Below are positions 9,563 through 19,520 of a stretch of 48,526 nt of DNA, in pieces. Source of the stretch: Candidatus Aenigmatarchaeota archaeon (GTDB lineage Archaea; Aenigmatarchaeota; Aenigmatarchaeia; GW2011-AR5); the NCBI GenBank assembly GCA_042584825.1, contig JBHOSK010000003.1:1-48526 (forward strand), given 5' to 3'. Each line of letters starts with the position of its first letter. Position 1 is the stretch's first letter. Position numbers and translations under genes: made by a program. The notes beneath the pieces are model-generated. The model did not search any database, was not told the origin of the DNA, and worked only from the letters and a program-made list of their open reading frames with translations.

Positions 9563-10846
9563 TTATTCTTCACTTTTTCCTCTTAGTAGCTTAGGCTTTA
9601 GATTCTTCTTTTTCTTCTTTTTCTTTCTCCAGAAGAATAAAATAAGAAATATTGCAATCACTATTATAATTATGAGTAATACGTAAAACGTGGGGAATGC
9701 CTCTGCTTCAAAAATAATTATCATTGAATTGGCAAGTGCAAAAACCGCCTCTTTTATGTTCTCTTTTGTATCATATAATTTGTCTTTAGTTTCGTCATAT
9801 TTTTCTTGTTCGAAAAGGTTTTTTGCGCTATTCAGATCTAAGTCTGCTTGTTCTATATAATATTCAGCTACTGATATATCATATCCATCCATTTTTGCGT
9901 CTGCAATTTCATTTTTAATTTGAAGTATCAAAAGTTTGTAATTTAGTATTATATTGTAAAGATAGTCCCTCAATGAAAATGGTTCATCAATAATTTCTAT
10001 TTCTGCTCTTCCGTCTTTTTTTAATCTGTCTGTAATTATGCTGAAGAACAATGTATAGCTACCCAATTCTATATCGTTATCAGGATCAATTGATATTAAA
10101 AACGATGTTGATTTTCCTTTTTTTACTCGTTGTATTATTTTTGGTGTTATTTCGGTATTTAATTTATTTGTAGTTGATATGAAAGGTCTTAACCCAAATA
10201 AGTCGACGTTTCCTGTGTTGTCAATGTCTATTCTGTATAGATATGATTCTCCTCTTATTATCTGGACTGTACTCTCGTAAGTTAGTTTCATATCAGGTTC
10301 TGCTTCTAATATACTGAAAGACGGGGTAACTGTTGTTGTTCCGGCCCCTCCGCCGGCGCCTCCTTCACCAGTACCGTTTCCTTGTGTTTGGTTTTGCTCA
10401 CCATCACTTACAACAAATACGGCCCATGTTTCTGCGTTCTTTGTATCATACGGAACTTTAACTTGTATGTAATATAGTCCTGTTTCGTTTGGAATAAACG
10501 TAGATGAATAGTGTCTCATCATACCTGGATACAACTGTACAGACGAGTCAGCATATTCAGCTAGTTGTAAAAGAGAGTTATTGTTAAACTTGAATATGTA
10601 TATGTATATTTTTGCTGTGAAAAGTTCGCTCCCAACATTTGTAAATTCGGTAGATATGTTTTCTCTTGCTCCTATTGTTATGTAGGGGTCGTATATTAAC
10701 GATGTTATTTCTCCTTTCATTATTCCTTCCACAGATACTCCGATGGGTGCAGTAGCAAGTCCTGTAGAATGAAAAGGTATTATGTAAAATAATGATATAA
10801 AGGAGAAAATAATAATTATAATTATCAAAAACTCTTTTTTGTACAT
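9563..10846 (-). CDS. Membrane-anchored surface protein (Ig/CARDB-like domains, Gly-rich linker, coiled coil, C-terminal TM plus Lys tail)
   Basis: N-terminal hydrophobic signal, FTNVGS and IDNTGNVDL motifs, GEGGAGGGAG linker, helical region, TM followed by RKKKKKKK. Confidence 0.85.
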   Translation of the reverse strand: MYKKEFLIIIIIIFSFISLFYIIPFHSTGLATAPIGVSVEGIMKGEITSLIYDPYITIGARENISTEFTNVGSELFTAKIYIYIFKFNNNSLLQLAEYADSSVQLYPGMMRHYSSTFIPNETGLYYIQVKVPYDTKNAETWAVFVVSDGEQNQTQGNGTGEGGAGGGAGTTTVTPSFSILEAEPDMKLTYESTVQIIRGESYLYRIDIDNTGNVDLFGLRPFISTTNKLNTEITPKIIQRVKKGKSTSFLISIDPDNDIELGSYTLFFSIITDRLKKDGRAEIEIIDEPFSLRDYLYNIILNYKLLILQIKNEIADAKMDGYDISVAEYYIEQADLDLNSAKNLFEQEKYDETKDKLYDTKENIKEAVFALANSMIIIFEAEAFPTFYVLLIIIIVIAIFLILFFWRKKKKKKKNLKPKLLRGKSEE

Positions 10847-11005
10847 AAATTATAATTGATTGTATAATATAAAAATGATTTTTTTTATTTATTTATCAGA
10901 ACACAAAAATTGAAATCTTTATATACTAGTTATGTATATTATTAATTATTACGGGGATTAATAAGTTACAAAAATAGTTGTGTTACGTGATATCATATCA
11001 TAATT

Positions 11006-11968
11006 ATGAATGAATCATTTAAACGTGGAAAAATCGGGTCAGCATTATTGAATAAGAATGTTATATTCTTAGGTGTTTTGGTCTTGGGATTGGTTCTATT
11101 ATCTGTATCTATATCCGCAAACCCTGATACAGCAACTATTCATGTTGGTATTAATCAATTGAACCAGATAACACTACAACCAGATAGTTTAAACTGGAGT
11201 AATGTGACACTGGGAGGTCGTGGTGGATTTAAATATATTGATATTAGAAACACAGGTTCCATAAACATAACAAATACCTACGCTTATGTTGATACAATTA
11301 CTGGTGAAGCAACAAGACCATATGAATCTGATCAAGCTATTGATTATTCTGCTGGTGGAGTATTATTATTAAGAAATGAAACCGAAACCGGTATAAATTG
11401 GGTAGGCAGAATTGAATGGAACTGGACAAGCAACATAACTAATACGAATTTAACTGATATAACAAATGGTACTGATGCTATAACTCAAGGATTTTTCAGA
11501 AATGCGAGCAATCAATATCATTGGGCTGTTAGAAATGGAACGAACACCAGTGATACAGATGGTCTTGTTAATGGAACTTGCAATACAAGTAATACTCGTA
11601 TTGCAATAGAAGATGACCCTGATAATGGTACTTTGGCTACACGAACACCAACAGCAAATGGATTTACTTATGATGGTGGCGCTGCTGCATATGGTTGGGG
11701 TATTTGGTCATTTGATAGAAATGGTCATCCTCTTGATGATCATTGCTTTGCAATAAATTACACCTGTGATAAAATATATATATATAAATATGATCAGCGG
11801 TCTGCTGATGGTTTTGATGATTGTAGTCAGGTCGAATTCGTATTAGCTCCTGATCTTTCACCTGGTAAAGAAGAAACCATGACATTGGATGTTCATATTC
11901 CGTTGGGTATGCCTGATGGTACAATGACTTCAACTACATTAACGATTACTGGAACTGGTACACAATAA
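11006..11968 (+). CDS. Secreted putative fibre/pilin subunit, NPDTA paralog 1 (TasA/WxL-like beta-sandwich pattern)
   Basis: Signal peptide ending ISA|NPDTA, L.W..V..G....IDIRNTGS motif, C-terminal LSPG...LDVHIPLG.PDG...LTITGTG, four Cys shared with the paralogs, no membrane anchor. Confidence 0.85.
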   Translation: MNESFKRGKIGSALLNKNVIFLGVLVLGLVLLSVSISANPDTATIHVGINQLNQITLQPDSLNWSNVTLGGRGGFKYIDIRNTGSINITNTYAYVDTITGEATRPYESDQAIDYSAGGVLLLRNETETGINWVGRIEWNWTSNITNTNLTDITNGTDAITQGFFRNASNQYHWAVRNGTNTSDTDGLVNGTCNTSNTRIAIEDDPDNGTLATRTPTANGFTYDGGAAAYGWGIWSFDRNGHPLDDHCFAINYTCDKIYIYKYDQRSADGFDDCSQVEFVLAPDLSPGKEETMTLDVHIPLGMPDGTMTSTTLTITGTGTQ

Positions 11969-12060
11969 GCTATTTACTATTATATTTATCATATTTGTTG
12001 TAAGTGATTTGGGGTACATTTATTCATTTACAATAGTATAGATGTCGTCTTTGGGGGTCG

Positions 12061-12966
12061 TTGGGAATATATAGAAGTTATAAAGTAAGTACTTTATTAG
12101 TTTTATTTCTAATTTTATTAGGTTTATCTATATCTGTTGATGCAAATCCTGATACAGCAATAATTCATGTTAATATTAATACTATAAATCAATTGACCCT
12201 ATTGCCCGAAGAACTCACATGGACGGCTGTAGATGTAGGAGACCGTGGTGGCTTCCATTATATGGATATAAAAAATACTGGTTCTATCAACATTACTAAC
12301 ATATATGGGTATGTTGATACATTGAGTGGGGAACCATCACGTCCCTATGCATCTGACCAAGCTACTGATTATTCTGCAGGTGGTGTGGTATTGATTAGAA
12401 ATGAAAGTGGGAGTAGGATGTTCTTTGCAGGAAGAATTGAATGGAACTGGACAAGCAATGTTAGTAATACAAATCTGAGCAATATGACAGACGGGTTGAC
12501 AACACCAATGGCACAGGGCTTTCTGAGGAATTCTAGTAATCAATATTATTGGGCTCTTATCAATGGTACTGGTGGTGAATGTAATGCAACAGGGACATTG
12601 CTCGCAATAGAAGATGAGCCTGACAACGGTACTGTTCAAACCAGGTTTCCTGGAGTAGAGAACGTTACATTTGATGGCGCTGCTGCTGGGGGATGGGGAA
12701 TATTCTCAATTACAAGAGATGATAGCATATTCGATGGTTATTGTATTGCAGTTAATTATACGTGTGAAAAATTATACGTGTACAAGCATGACTATAGATC
12801 TAATCCTGGTTTTGATCAATGTAGTAATGTCAATTACATTAGAGAACCTGGTCTGATACCGGGTCAAGAAGAAAGTTTGACATTAGATGTCCACATTCCA
12901 TTAGGTATTCCTGATGGTGCAGCAAATCCTTCTGTATTTACTGTAACAGGAACCGGTGTTAGTTAA
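12061..12966 (+). CDS. Secreted putative fibre/pilin subunit, NPDTA paralog 2
   Basis: Aligns end to end with 11006-11968 and 22907-23794 (NPDTAIIHV, DYSAGGV, RIEWNWTSN, LDVHIPLG). TTG start uncertain. Confidence 0.85.
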   Translation: MGIYRSYKVSTLLVLFLILLGLSISVDANPDTAIIHVNINTINQLTLLPEELTWTAVDVGDRGGFHYMDIKNTGSINITNIYGYVDTLSGEPSRPYASDQATDYSAGGVVLIRNESGSRMFFAGRIEWNWTSNVSNTNLSNMTDGLTTPMAQGFLRNSSNQYYWALINGTGGECNATGTLLAIEDEPDNGTVQTRFPGVENVTFDGAAAGGWGIFSITRDDSIFDGYCIAVNYTCEKLYVYKHDYRSNPGFDQCSNVNYIREPGLIPGQEESLTLDVHIPLGIPDGAANPSVFTVTGTGVS

Positions 12967-12967
12967 A

Positions 12968-13609
12968 TTATGCTAGTTTGTATATTATTGCAGTCACTGC
13001 TATAATTATGAAAATGAAATATAGCAGAGTATAGTCTGGTTCTGCTTCTGGTTCATTTTGTTGTGTATTGTTGTATTCGGGTTCTGTTGTTTCATCTGGT
13101 TCTTCTGTTTCCTCTGGTTCTTCTGTTTCCTCTGGTTCTTCGCCTATTCCCATATCTACTACTAACGTAAATGGTATTTTTTGAGAAATTGTTATTTGAT
13201 TTTCTGGTTGTTCTGTAATAGGTATGGCTTCTAAAATAATTTCATGCATTCCACTACCAATGTTGTTTGGTGGTTTTGCAAAGACTTCAATTTTTTTTGC
13301 TTTTACATAGTCCTGAATTGTTGGATTAAATATATACTCGTCGCCTATAGTTCGTGAAATTTCAAATGTTTTTGGTGTTATCAATATTGTCCAGTCTTGG
13401 TGTGTTTGTTGTATTATTTCTATTCTAAAGGGTTCTTCTTCGGTTGTCCAAAAAAGTAATGAAAATTTTGCAGATTCTTGATTGTTGTTTAAAAAAACGT
13501 GGTCATTTTTTGCAAAAGTCCCTATGTTTAGAGCAAAGAGTGGTTGAGATAGGACACAAAGTGTCATAAACAATAAAATAATATTAAGGACTTTGACCAT
13601 ATTCAACAC
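12968..13609 (-). CDS. Membrane-anchored single Ig-like domain protein with acidic EPEET stalk
   Basis: Signal peptide, beta-rich domain, EEPEET repeats, C-terminal TM. Likely start ATG 13600. Confidence 0.8.
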   Translation of the reverse strand: MLNMVKVLNIILLFMTLCVLSQPLFALNIGTFAKNDHVFLNNNQESAKFSLLFWTTEEEPFRIEIIQQTHQDWTILITPKTFEISRTIGDEYIFNPTIQDYVKAKKIEVFAKPPNNIGSGMHEIILEAIPITEQPENQITISQKIPFTLVVDMGIGEEPEETEEPEETEEPDETTEPEYNNTQQNEPEAEPDYTLLYFIFIIIAVTAIIYKLA

Positions 13610-14939
13610 CTGTAATATAGATGGTTCCGTTATATTCTCCTAAATAAACTGCTGGTGCATCAAACCAAAACCACGTTGTTACGTTGGTTCCTGGTGGTGA
13701 TGTTGTTTTCAAGGCTACGTTTGTGCCATTTAACTGCCGAGATTCTGAATAATCATTGGTTGTGTTGCTCCAGGTTATGTTACCAACATTCATCACTGTT
13801 GGCATGGTTTCGTTTGTCATGTTTGTACCTCTTATATAAAAATCTAATATACAGCTTCCAGGATTTGCCGAAACATTATATTGATCGTTATCATTACCTG
13901 GTGCTGCGTTCCCTGTTGAGCTAGGATTCATGTATCCAAAATCAATTGATGACCAATGTGTTGTAAAATCTACAACACACCCTATTATAGTGGCATTAGA
14001 GTTTATTGTGTTGTTGTTTGATACCTCTGGTTCTTCAGATTGGAATAAAACGTCTATTGCCCAAGTAGAATCCACTACTCCGGTTGCGTTTATGATCCAT
14101 GTAAGATTGCAGTAATCATCTTTACCCAGTGGATTATTAGAACATGATTTTGTAGCTAGTGGTGTGGGTTCATTAACAAAAAATGGTACATCGCCTTCTG
14201 TTATATTTACCGGTGTGTTGGGTTCAGACGAAGTATAATTATATCTTACTGTGGCATTCACATTCCCACACCCAGCTTTTCTACAATAAACTGTGGCGTT
14301 AACAAAGAATGTAAAATTTTGAATAAGGTTTGTTGGTGCGTCTATTGGTGGTGTTGTCATATTAACTTCTAAAATTGCTTTTGGGACAACAAGTTCTGTC
14401 CATGTAATTCGTAATCTACTTCCTTGACCTCCTCCGATCGTATTTGGAATTATACGAAGTATCAAATTAGAATAATCATCTATACTGGATACCTCTGCGG
14501 TCTCTAAAAGATGAGAAATTGTTTGGTATGATGTTGTTAGATTTATTGGTTCTGTATTGGATATAAGGGTGCCTCCTTGGTATAAATCAACTGTTATTGC
14601 ATGATCTCTTGTGCCTTCTTCTTTTTTAGCAGTGAAATTTATAACGTGTCCTGTATCAACATCTGGATCTGATACGTCTGTGAGATTTATTTCAAAATAC
14701 TCTGTTGGTGTTGGGTTGTTTATCGAATATACATAAGAAGTATCTCCATCTGAATTAATCTCATCTATTGAATTATATAGTAATCCATCAACTTCTACTG
14801 TACCTCCATCATCCCATGCACCTGGATTTGAAACATCTAAATTGGGTCTTGCGATTTGTTCTGCAAGGATCGGAATCACAAGTATTGATAAAAACAGTGT
14901 AAATGATAAAATAGTGATAAATCTAATCTTTTCTTTCAT
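13584..14939 (-). CDS. Secreted multidomain protein, candidate tip adhesin or minor fibre subunit
   Basis: Signal peptide, N-terminal beta domain, Cys-containing middle domain. The C-terminal domain IDFG.MNP...W.WFDAP....GEYNGTIYITG resembles the subunit fold pattern. Confidence 0.8.
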   Translation of the reverse strand: MKEKIRFITILSFTLFLSILVIPILAEQIARPNLDVSNPGAWDDGGTVEVDGLLYNSIDEINSDGDTSYVYSINNPTPTEYFEINLTDVSDPDVDTGHVINFTAKKEEGTRDHAITVDLYQGGTLISNTEPINLTTSYQTISHLLETAEVSSIDDYSNLILRIIPNTIGGGQGSRLRITWTELVVPKAILEVNMTTPPIDAPTNLIQNFTFFVNATVYCRKAGCGNVNATVRYNYTSSEPNTPVNITEGDVPFFVNEPTPLATKSCSNNPLGKDDYCNLTWIINATGVVDSTWAIDVLFQSEEPEVSNNNTINSNATIIGCVVDFTTHWSSIDFGYMNPSSTGNAAPGNDNDQYNVSANPGSCILDFYIRGTNMTNETMPTVMNVGNITWSNTTNDYSESRQLNGTNVALKTTSPPGTNVTTWFWFDAPAVYLGEYNGTIYITGVEYGQSP

Positions 14940-14976
14940 TTATTCACCTTTGTCTCTTACTATGACTGTAATTTTA

Positions 14977-15792
14977 TCATACCACGTTTTGTTGATTTTG
15001 GGGTGCAATAATGTGCACTACTTTTTTTCTACGGAATAGAGAAGGTATACTCGATAAAAATGATTTTTCTTTGTAATCTATTCCTGCTATTTTGTGCCCA
15101 AGTTTCTTGAAAGCCTTTGATGATTTTGCTTTTGGTCTGTTATGAACAACTAGTTTCTTCTCATTTACACTTTTCAATACACTTTCATCTTCGGGTATTG
15201 TGTTCAACAAAGGCAATTCTGTGAAATAAAGCACGTCTTCTGGTTTTATTTCATATTTCTTGTTCTTTACTCTGTTAAGTACGACGCCGATTGGATTATG
15301 ACCAATTTTTTCAGCGAAGTGTGTATACTTTGCAATATCCACCAAAGAGGGAACATGGGGAGTTGCAACGAATAATAATTCATCGCTGGCATTCATTGCG
15401 ATCAATGCTTCTTTTCCAAGACCTGGTGCAGAGTCTAAAATAACATAATCGTAATCAGCAAAAACTCTCTTTATATCGTCTTTCATTCTTGATGAATCTA
15501 TATCTATTAAATCCCTTACTTCAAGAGAAGCAGGAACTACTTTTATGTTAGTTACATGATCGTATAGTGTGTCTTCAAGTTTCACTTCATTCCTTAGATA
15601 ATTATTCAATGTGTTGGTGTTTTTATGCATACCTAAGTGAAGTCCCATGTGTGCTGTTGTTAGATTACAATCTATTACAGCAACTCTTTTTCCGATACCT
15701 TGCAGTGTTGCTGCAAGGTTTGTGGCAACTACTGTTTTGCCCACTCCGCCCTTTCCAGAGCATACATCAATTACTCTTACCATCTTCATCAC
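14977..15792 (-). CDS. minD: MinD/ParA-family ATPase 3
   Basis: GKGGVGKT, IDCN, ILDSAPGLGKEA, GVVLNRV, amphipathic SFLSSIPSLF near the C-terminus. Start likely 15789 or 15783. Confidence 0.92.
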   Translation of the reverse strand: MMKMVRVIDVCSGKGGVGKTVVATNLAATLQGIGKRVAVIDCNLTTAHMGLHLGMHKNTNTLNNYLRNEVKLEDTLYDHVTNIKVVPASLEVRDLIDIDSSRMKDDIKRVFADYDYVILDSAPGLGKEALIAMNASDELLFVATPHVPSLVDIAKYTHFAEKIGHNPIGVVLNRVKNKKYEIKPEDVLYFTELPLLNTIPEDESVLKSVNEKKLVVHNRPKAKSSKAFKKLGHKIAGIDYKEKSFLSSIPSLFRRKKVVHIIAPQNQQNVV

Positions 15793-18148
15793 CCTCTTTT
15801 TTTAAGAAATCATTAAAATACTTTACGTCTATAAAGTATCCGTTTCTTTCTTTTTTCTCATTTGAAGTACTATTAATGTGCTTCAAATGATTTTTAATAT
15901 CAATTAGTGTATTTTTCGTCTCAATAGACGACTTTGTTTTTGGTTTGTTTTTTCTTTTTAATTTGAATGTAAAATAAAATAAAATAATTGCAAATACTAC
16001 TATTAACAATAACTCAACATTCAGCTGTGAAGTATCAAAAGAAAATAAACCAGTTATATCAAATGCTGGTTCTGTTATAACAGTGTCTTTTACTTCTTCG
16101 TTTATTACTTGTCTTTCCTCAATAGTAAATCCAAATGTTTCTTCTCGTTCTATGTAATCATTATATATTTTTATGCTGGCTGCTGTCGTGGTTGGCACAG
16201 AATCTTCTGGGATGCTAAAATAAATTAGTGCCTCTTCTTCTTCGCCAACTTTTAATTCTTCTATGTTTGTTATTAGTTCATAATATTCGTTGCTTATTCC
16301 CTGAAGTTCTACCTTTATATCAAACATGTCTGTTTGTCCTGTGTTTTTTACTGTAATTTTTTGTAGTAGGTTCTCTCCTCGTTTTATTTTTATTGTTTCT
16401 GGAACTACTATGGTTATATCTTTACTTTTTGTTACAGTTATGTTGTATGTGTTTCTGTATTCAATAAAATCTTCTTTTTCAACTTTTAGATAAACGTTAA
16501 AGAACCCTTCACTGTCTGGTGAAATAAAATCAATTGTGAATAATCCATTATTATCTGATTCTGCTTCAAAGTCTTCATTATTTATTGTTATGATAACTGT
16601 TGCATTTGGTACATACACATCTGATTCATCCCTAACTATTCCAAATGCCTTTCCTGTTTCACCTAGATAATAGTTTTGGTGCTCGAAGTTTAGATCTGCT
16701 TTCACACCTTTTCTAATTCCTATTGTAAATGCTGATAGGGTTTCCTGACTTGTTGTCGCTTTGTTTCTAAATGTATCTATTTCGTTTGTTGTTATTTTCC
16801 ATTCAGATCTACATGTCATTGTTGCTGGGTTCCAGCTTTTGCATTTAAAGAGTTTTATTTCTGACTCGTCTAGTATGTTGTTTGGATATTCTATTTCAAT
16901 GTAAGCTTCTTCAAAAGTTATGTTTACTTCGAATACGTGTATTTTTCCTGTACCGGCTATGCCCTGTGGTTGTTTGTTTATGTAGTAGTATATGATGTCG
17001 TCATCATACTCGTCTACTTCTGCTTCAACCAATATCAATTTAGACTCGGGAAATGTTATCTCAATATCGTACTCGTCTGGAGGCAATTTTCCGGAATACT
17101 CACCTTCATCGTTTGTAGACATAGATAACTTTGTTTCATCGTCCTGCTTGAACAGGATTTCTGCTTCGAGTCCTTCATCATATAAATCGATAAAGGTGCC
17201 TTCAATGGGGACAACATAATATATTTTTATTGTATCACGATAGTACGTGTTGTTATAGAATAACAATACTTCTAAGTTGTACTCACCTGGAGCTAATTCT
17301 GGTGTAACAAACATTACATTGTATTTGTTGTCAGAACCAAGTGTTATTGACTCTATTCCCATTTCATCTGAATCTAAAAACAAATCAAAGTTGTTTTCAT
17401 TTACGTTTATTAAATTATCTCCTTGAAATGCGTTTATGAATATTCCAATGTTTTCATTTGGTTCTACCCAACTATTGTCAATATTAGATATTTTGAACAC
17501 AACGCTGTCAGTAACTTGTATTTGTTGTTGCACATAAATTGACGTGTCTTGATAGTGTGCAGTAATTTCTAATGAATAATATCCTTCATCTTCTATTGCA
17601 GGTATTCTCAGTATCCAACCTTCTTCTGTATCGTATAATGGAAATAAAAGGAGTTCTTGGGACTCACCGCTGACCACAACCTCGAAAGATACTCCCGACG
17701 TTATCGGGTCATCGTCCTTTTCAAGAACAAAATGTATTTCTATTACGTCATCTGTTCTTATGGGGTTTGGGATTATATTGTTTATGTGTCCTGTAAGTTG
17801 TGACACAACAAATTCTGTAATATCGCCGACCTGTTCTGATTCATTATTTAAACAAGTTACAGTAGCTGTAAATGTGCCAACTCTGTCAAAGTAAGCACTG
17901 TCTATTGTTAATTCATAACTACCAATAAAGTCAAATTCTGGTAATATAACGTTTGGTCCTACAATGTTTGTGTAAACTCTTTCTATTTCTTTACCAGCTG
18001 TGTCATAACAGCTTAGTGTTAGTGTAATATCATCATCCAACCATGGGTTAGATGGGTTAACAGTTAGGTTTTCTATAACTGGTGTTGCATTAACAACCGT
18101 AGTTAACAGTAGTATTGTAAATATCATCAAAACGAAGGTGTATCTCAT
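15767..18148 (-). CDS. Large membrane-anchored surface protein with tandem Ig-like domains and cytoplasmic tail
   Basis: Signal peptide, acidic beta-rich repeats, VKNTGQTD motif, C-terminal TM followed by a basic tail. Overlaps both neighbours. Confidence 0.88.
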   Translation of the reverse strand: MRYTFVLMIFTILLLTTVVNATPVIENLTVNPSNPWLDDDITLTLSCYDTAGKEIERVYTNIVGPNVILPEFDFIGSYELTIDSAYFDRVGTFTATVTCLNNESEQVGDITEFVVSQLTGHINNIIPNPIRTDDVIEIHFVLEKDDDPITSGVSFEVVVSGESQELLLFPLYDTEEGWILRIPAIEDEGYYSLEITAHYQDTSIYVQQQIQVTDSVVFKISNIDNSWVEPNENIGIFINAFQGDNLINVNENNFDLFLDSDEMGIESITLGSDNKYNVMFVTPELAPGEYNLEVLLFYNNTYYRDTIKIYYVVPIEGTFIDLYDEGLEAEILFKQDDETKLSMSTNDEGEYSGKLPPDEYDIEITFPESKLILVEAEVDEYDDDIIYYYINKQPQGIAGTGKIHVFEVNITFEEAYIEIEYPNNILDESEIKLFKCKSWNPATMTCRSEWKITTNEIDTFRNKATTSQETLSAFTIGIRKGVKADLNFEHQNYYLGETGKAFGIVRDESDVYVPNATVIITINNEDFEAESDNNGLFTIDFISPDSEGFFNVYLKVEKEDFIEYRNTYNITVTKSKDITIVVPETIKIKRGENLLQKITVKNTGQTDMFDIKVELQGISNEYYELITNIEELKVGEEEEALIYFSIPEDSVPTTTAASIKIYNDYIEREETFGFTIEERQVINEEVKDTVITEPAFDITGLFSFDTSQLNVELLLIVVFAIILFYFTFKLKRKNKPKTKSSIETKNTLIDIKNHLKHINSTSNEKKERNGYFIDVKYFNDFLKKEGDEDGKSN

Positions 18149-18369
18149 TTTTTCACCTTCCTCCCTATAGTTGTGTAGACGTTTGATCTACCAACCTTGT
18201 AGAAATCAAGCTTCCCCTGGTTTTTTAGTGCTTCTAAATAACCGGTTGCGACATCGCGCCGAATGTTTAGCTCTTTAGCTATCTGAGAAACTGACATTAA
18301 TCGAGCTGATAATAGCTCAAGTACCTTTTTTTCAAAGTCATTTGGAGTTAACTCCTTAGCTGATGTCAT
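18145..18369 (-). CDS. Stand-alone winged-HTH protein
   Basis: MSVSQIAKELNIRRDVATGYLEALKNQGKL...KVGRSNVY. ATG at 18369 with GAGG upstream. ATGA overlap with the 793-aa gene. Confidence 0.85.
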   Translation of the reverse strand: MTSAKELTPNDFEKKVLELLSARLMSVSQIAKELNIRRDVATGYLEALKNQGKLDFYKVGRSNVYTTIGRKVKK

Positions 18370-18528
18370 GGTTAACCTCGTCAATATTGCTGCTATTTAT
18401 ACTTTATATAATGTTTTTATGGTATATAAATAGTTTTTTAATTCATACTATATTGTGGCAATATTGTACAGAAATTGAAATAATGTGTAATTACTGTAAA
18501 GTCACAAAATCTTTATATACTATGTTAG

Positions 18529-19086
18529 GTGATTGTTTTTATGATTATCAAACCTTTTTGGGAGTTGTCTGTGGGATTGCAGGATGAGACATACCGTTTA
18601 GCGCATGCTGTTTATCCCCACGAATCAGAAGGTTCTGCGTGCGCAGCAGCTTTTCGTGCTAGTCTTGATCCTGATGAACATCGTGATTTTTTTGATGAAC
18701 ATCATATAGTTGATATAAGATATTGGGATGCTTTGGGAAGCGATCGTGGTCCTGTGTTGGGTACTGTTGGACTATATCATACAAAGGGTGGCTATATTTT
18801 TCGTAAAGGGTTGGGGCAAATAGAAGAGCCATCGATATGGCTTGGTTATTGGATGACTCATCCTGAGCACAGAAGACGTGGTGTTGGTGGACAAACGATT
18901 GACTTTGCTCAAACAACCGCAAGAGACGAAAGACAAAAAACAATGCTTCTATATACTGGTAGTGCTCCAGATGAGGCAGCGGCCCAAGTAATGTATGATG
19001 AGCGTGGATTTCCAATTGTAAAGACTTGGCCGAACTTTGAAGATGCTGGCTATGATATTCATATTCGGAAAAAGTCACTTCGATAA
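18529..19086 (+). CDS. GNAT-family N-acetyltransferase
   Basis: Motif A HPEHRRRGVG and motif B AAAQVMYDERGF. Confidence 0.85.
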   Translation: MIVFMIIKPFWELSVGLQDETYRLAHAVYPHESEGSACAAAFRASLDPDEHRDFFDEHHIVDIRYWDALGSDRGPVLGTVGLYHTKGGYIFRKGLGQIEEPSIWLGYWMTHPEHRRRGVGGQTIDFAQTTARDERQKTMLLYTGSAPDEAAAQVMYDERGFPIVKTWPNFEDAGYDIHIRKKSLR

Positions 19087-19088
19087 TT

Positions 19089-19382
19089 TGTAACACACTG
19101 TTTTCTAGGGTATATAAATGGAATTTGGCAATTGTTACACATATTTGTAAAGGGGGTGAAAAAATGCTTACAACCATCTTATAATATAGTGTTTTGGGTG
19201 TTTTTGAAAAATGGCTTAGTATTTAAATGGGGTGCGTTGTTACACGTTCTATATATTATGAACGTGATTGTGTCACGTTTTTTGGGGTCTTTTTGGTGTT
19301 ACACGTTTTGCCTCCAAGCGGGGGTCTTGTATAAGATGGTCTAAAACGGAAGAATATGACGTATTTTTGGAATTTACACGTT
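19089..19382. repeat. Iterated TGTTACAC(GTT) motif in a non-coding gap between convergent genes
   Basis: Copies or variants at 19089 (inverted), 19133, 19238, 19269, 19297 and 19373. Confidence 0.6.
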
Positions 19383-19520
19383 TCGTGTTGCAAAAGTATA
19401 TAATAAAAGCCGTTTTTGCCAAAAACCAAAAAACCACCGAACAAAAACATTTTTCTCCGTATTCTGAGGGGTATAAAGGATACCAGAAAGCACCAATAGT
19501 CTATTTTTTGGCTTCGTTTG

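Noticed and set aside
11006-12966. NPDTA proteins as archaellins or type IV pilins
   Set aside because: The hydrophobic segment precedes an AxA-like cleavage site (class I signal), and no assembly ATPase or platform gene is nearby.
13095-13140. 18-bp tandem repeat
   Set aside because: It encodes an ordinary EEPEET stalk linker and has no spacers.
19238-19253. Resemblance of TGTTACACGT to the bacterial parS consensus
   Set aside because: Only part of the palindrome matches and no ParB is encoded. Kept only as an unexplained repeat.
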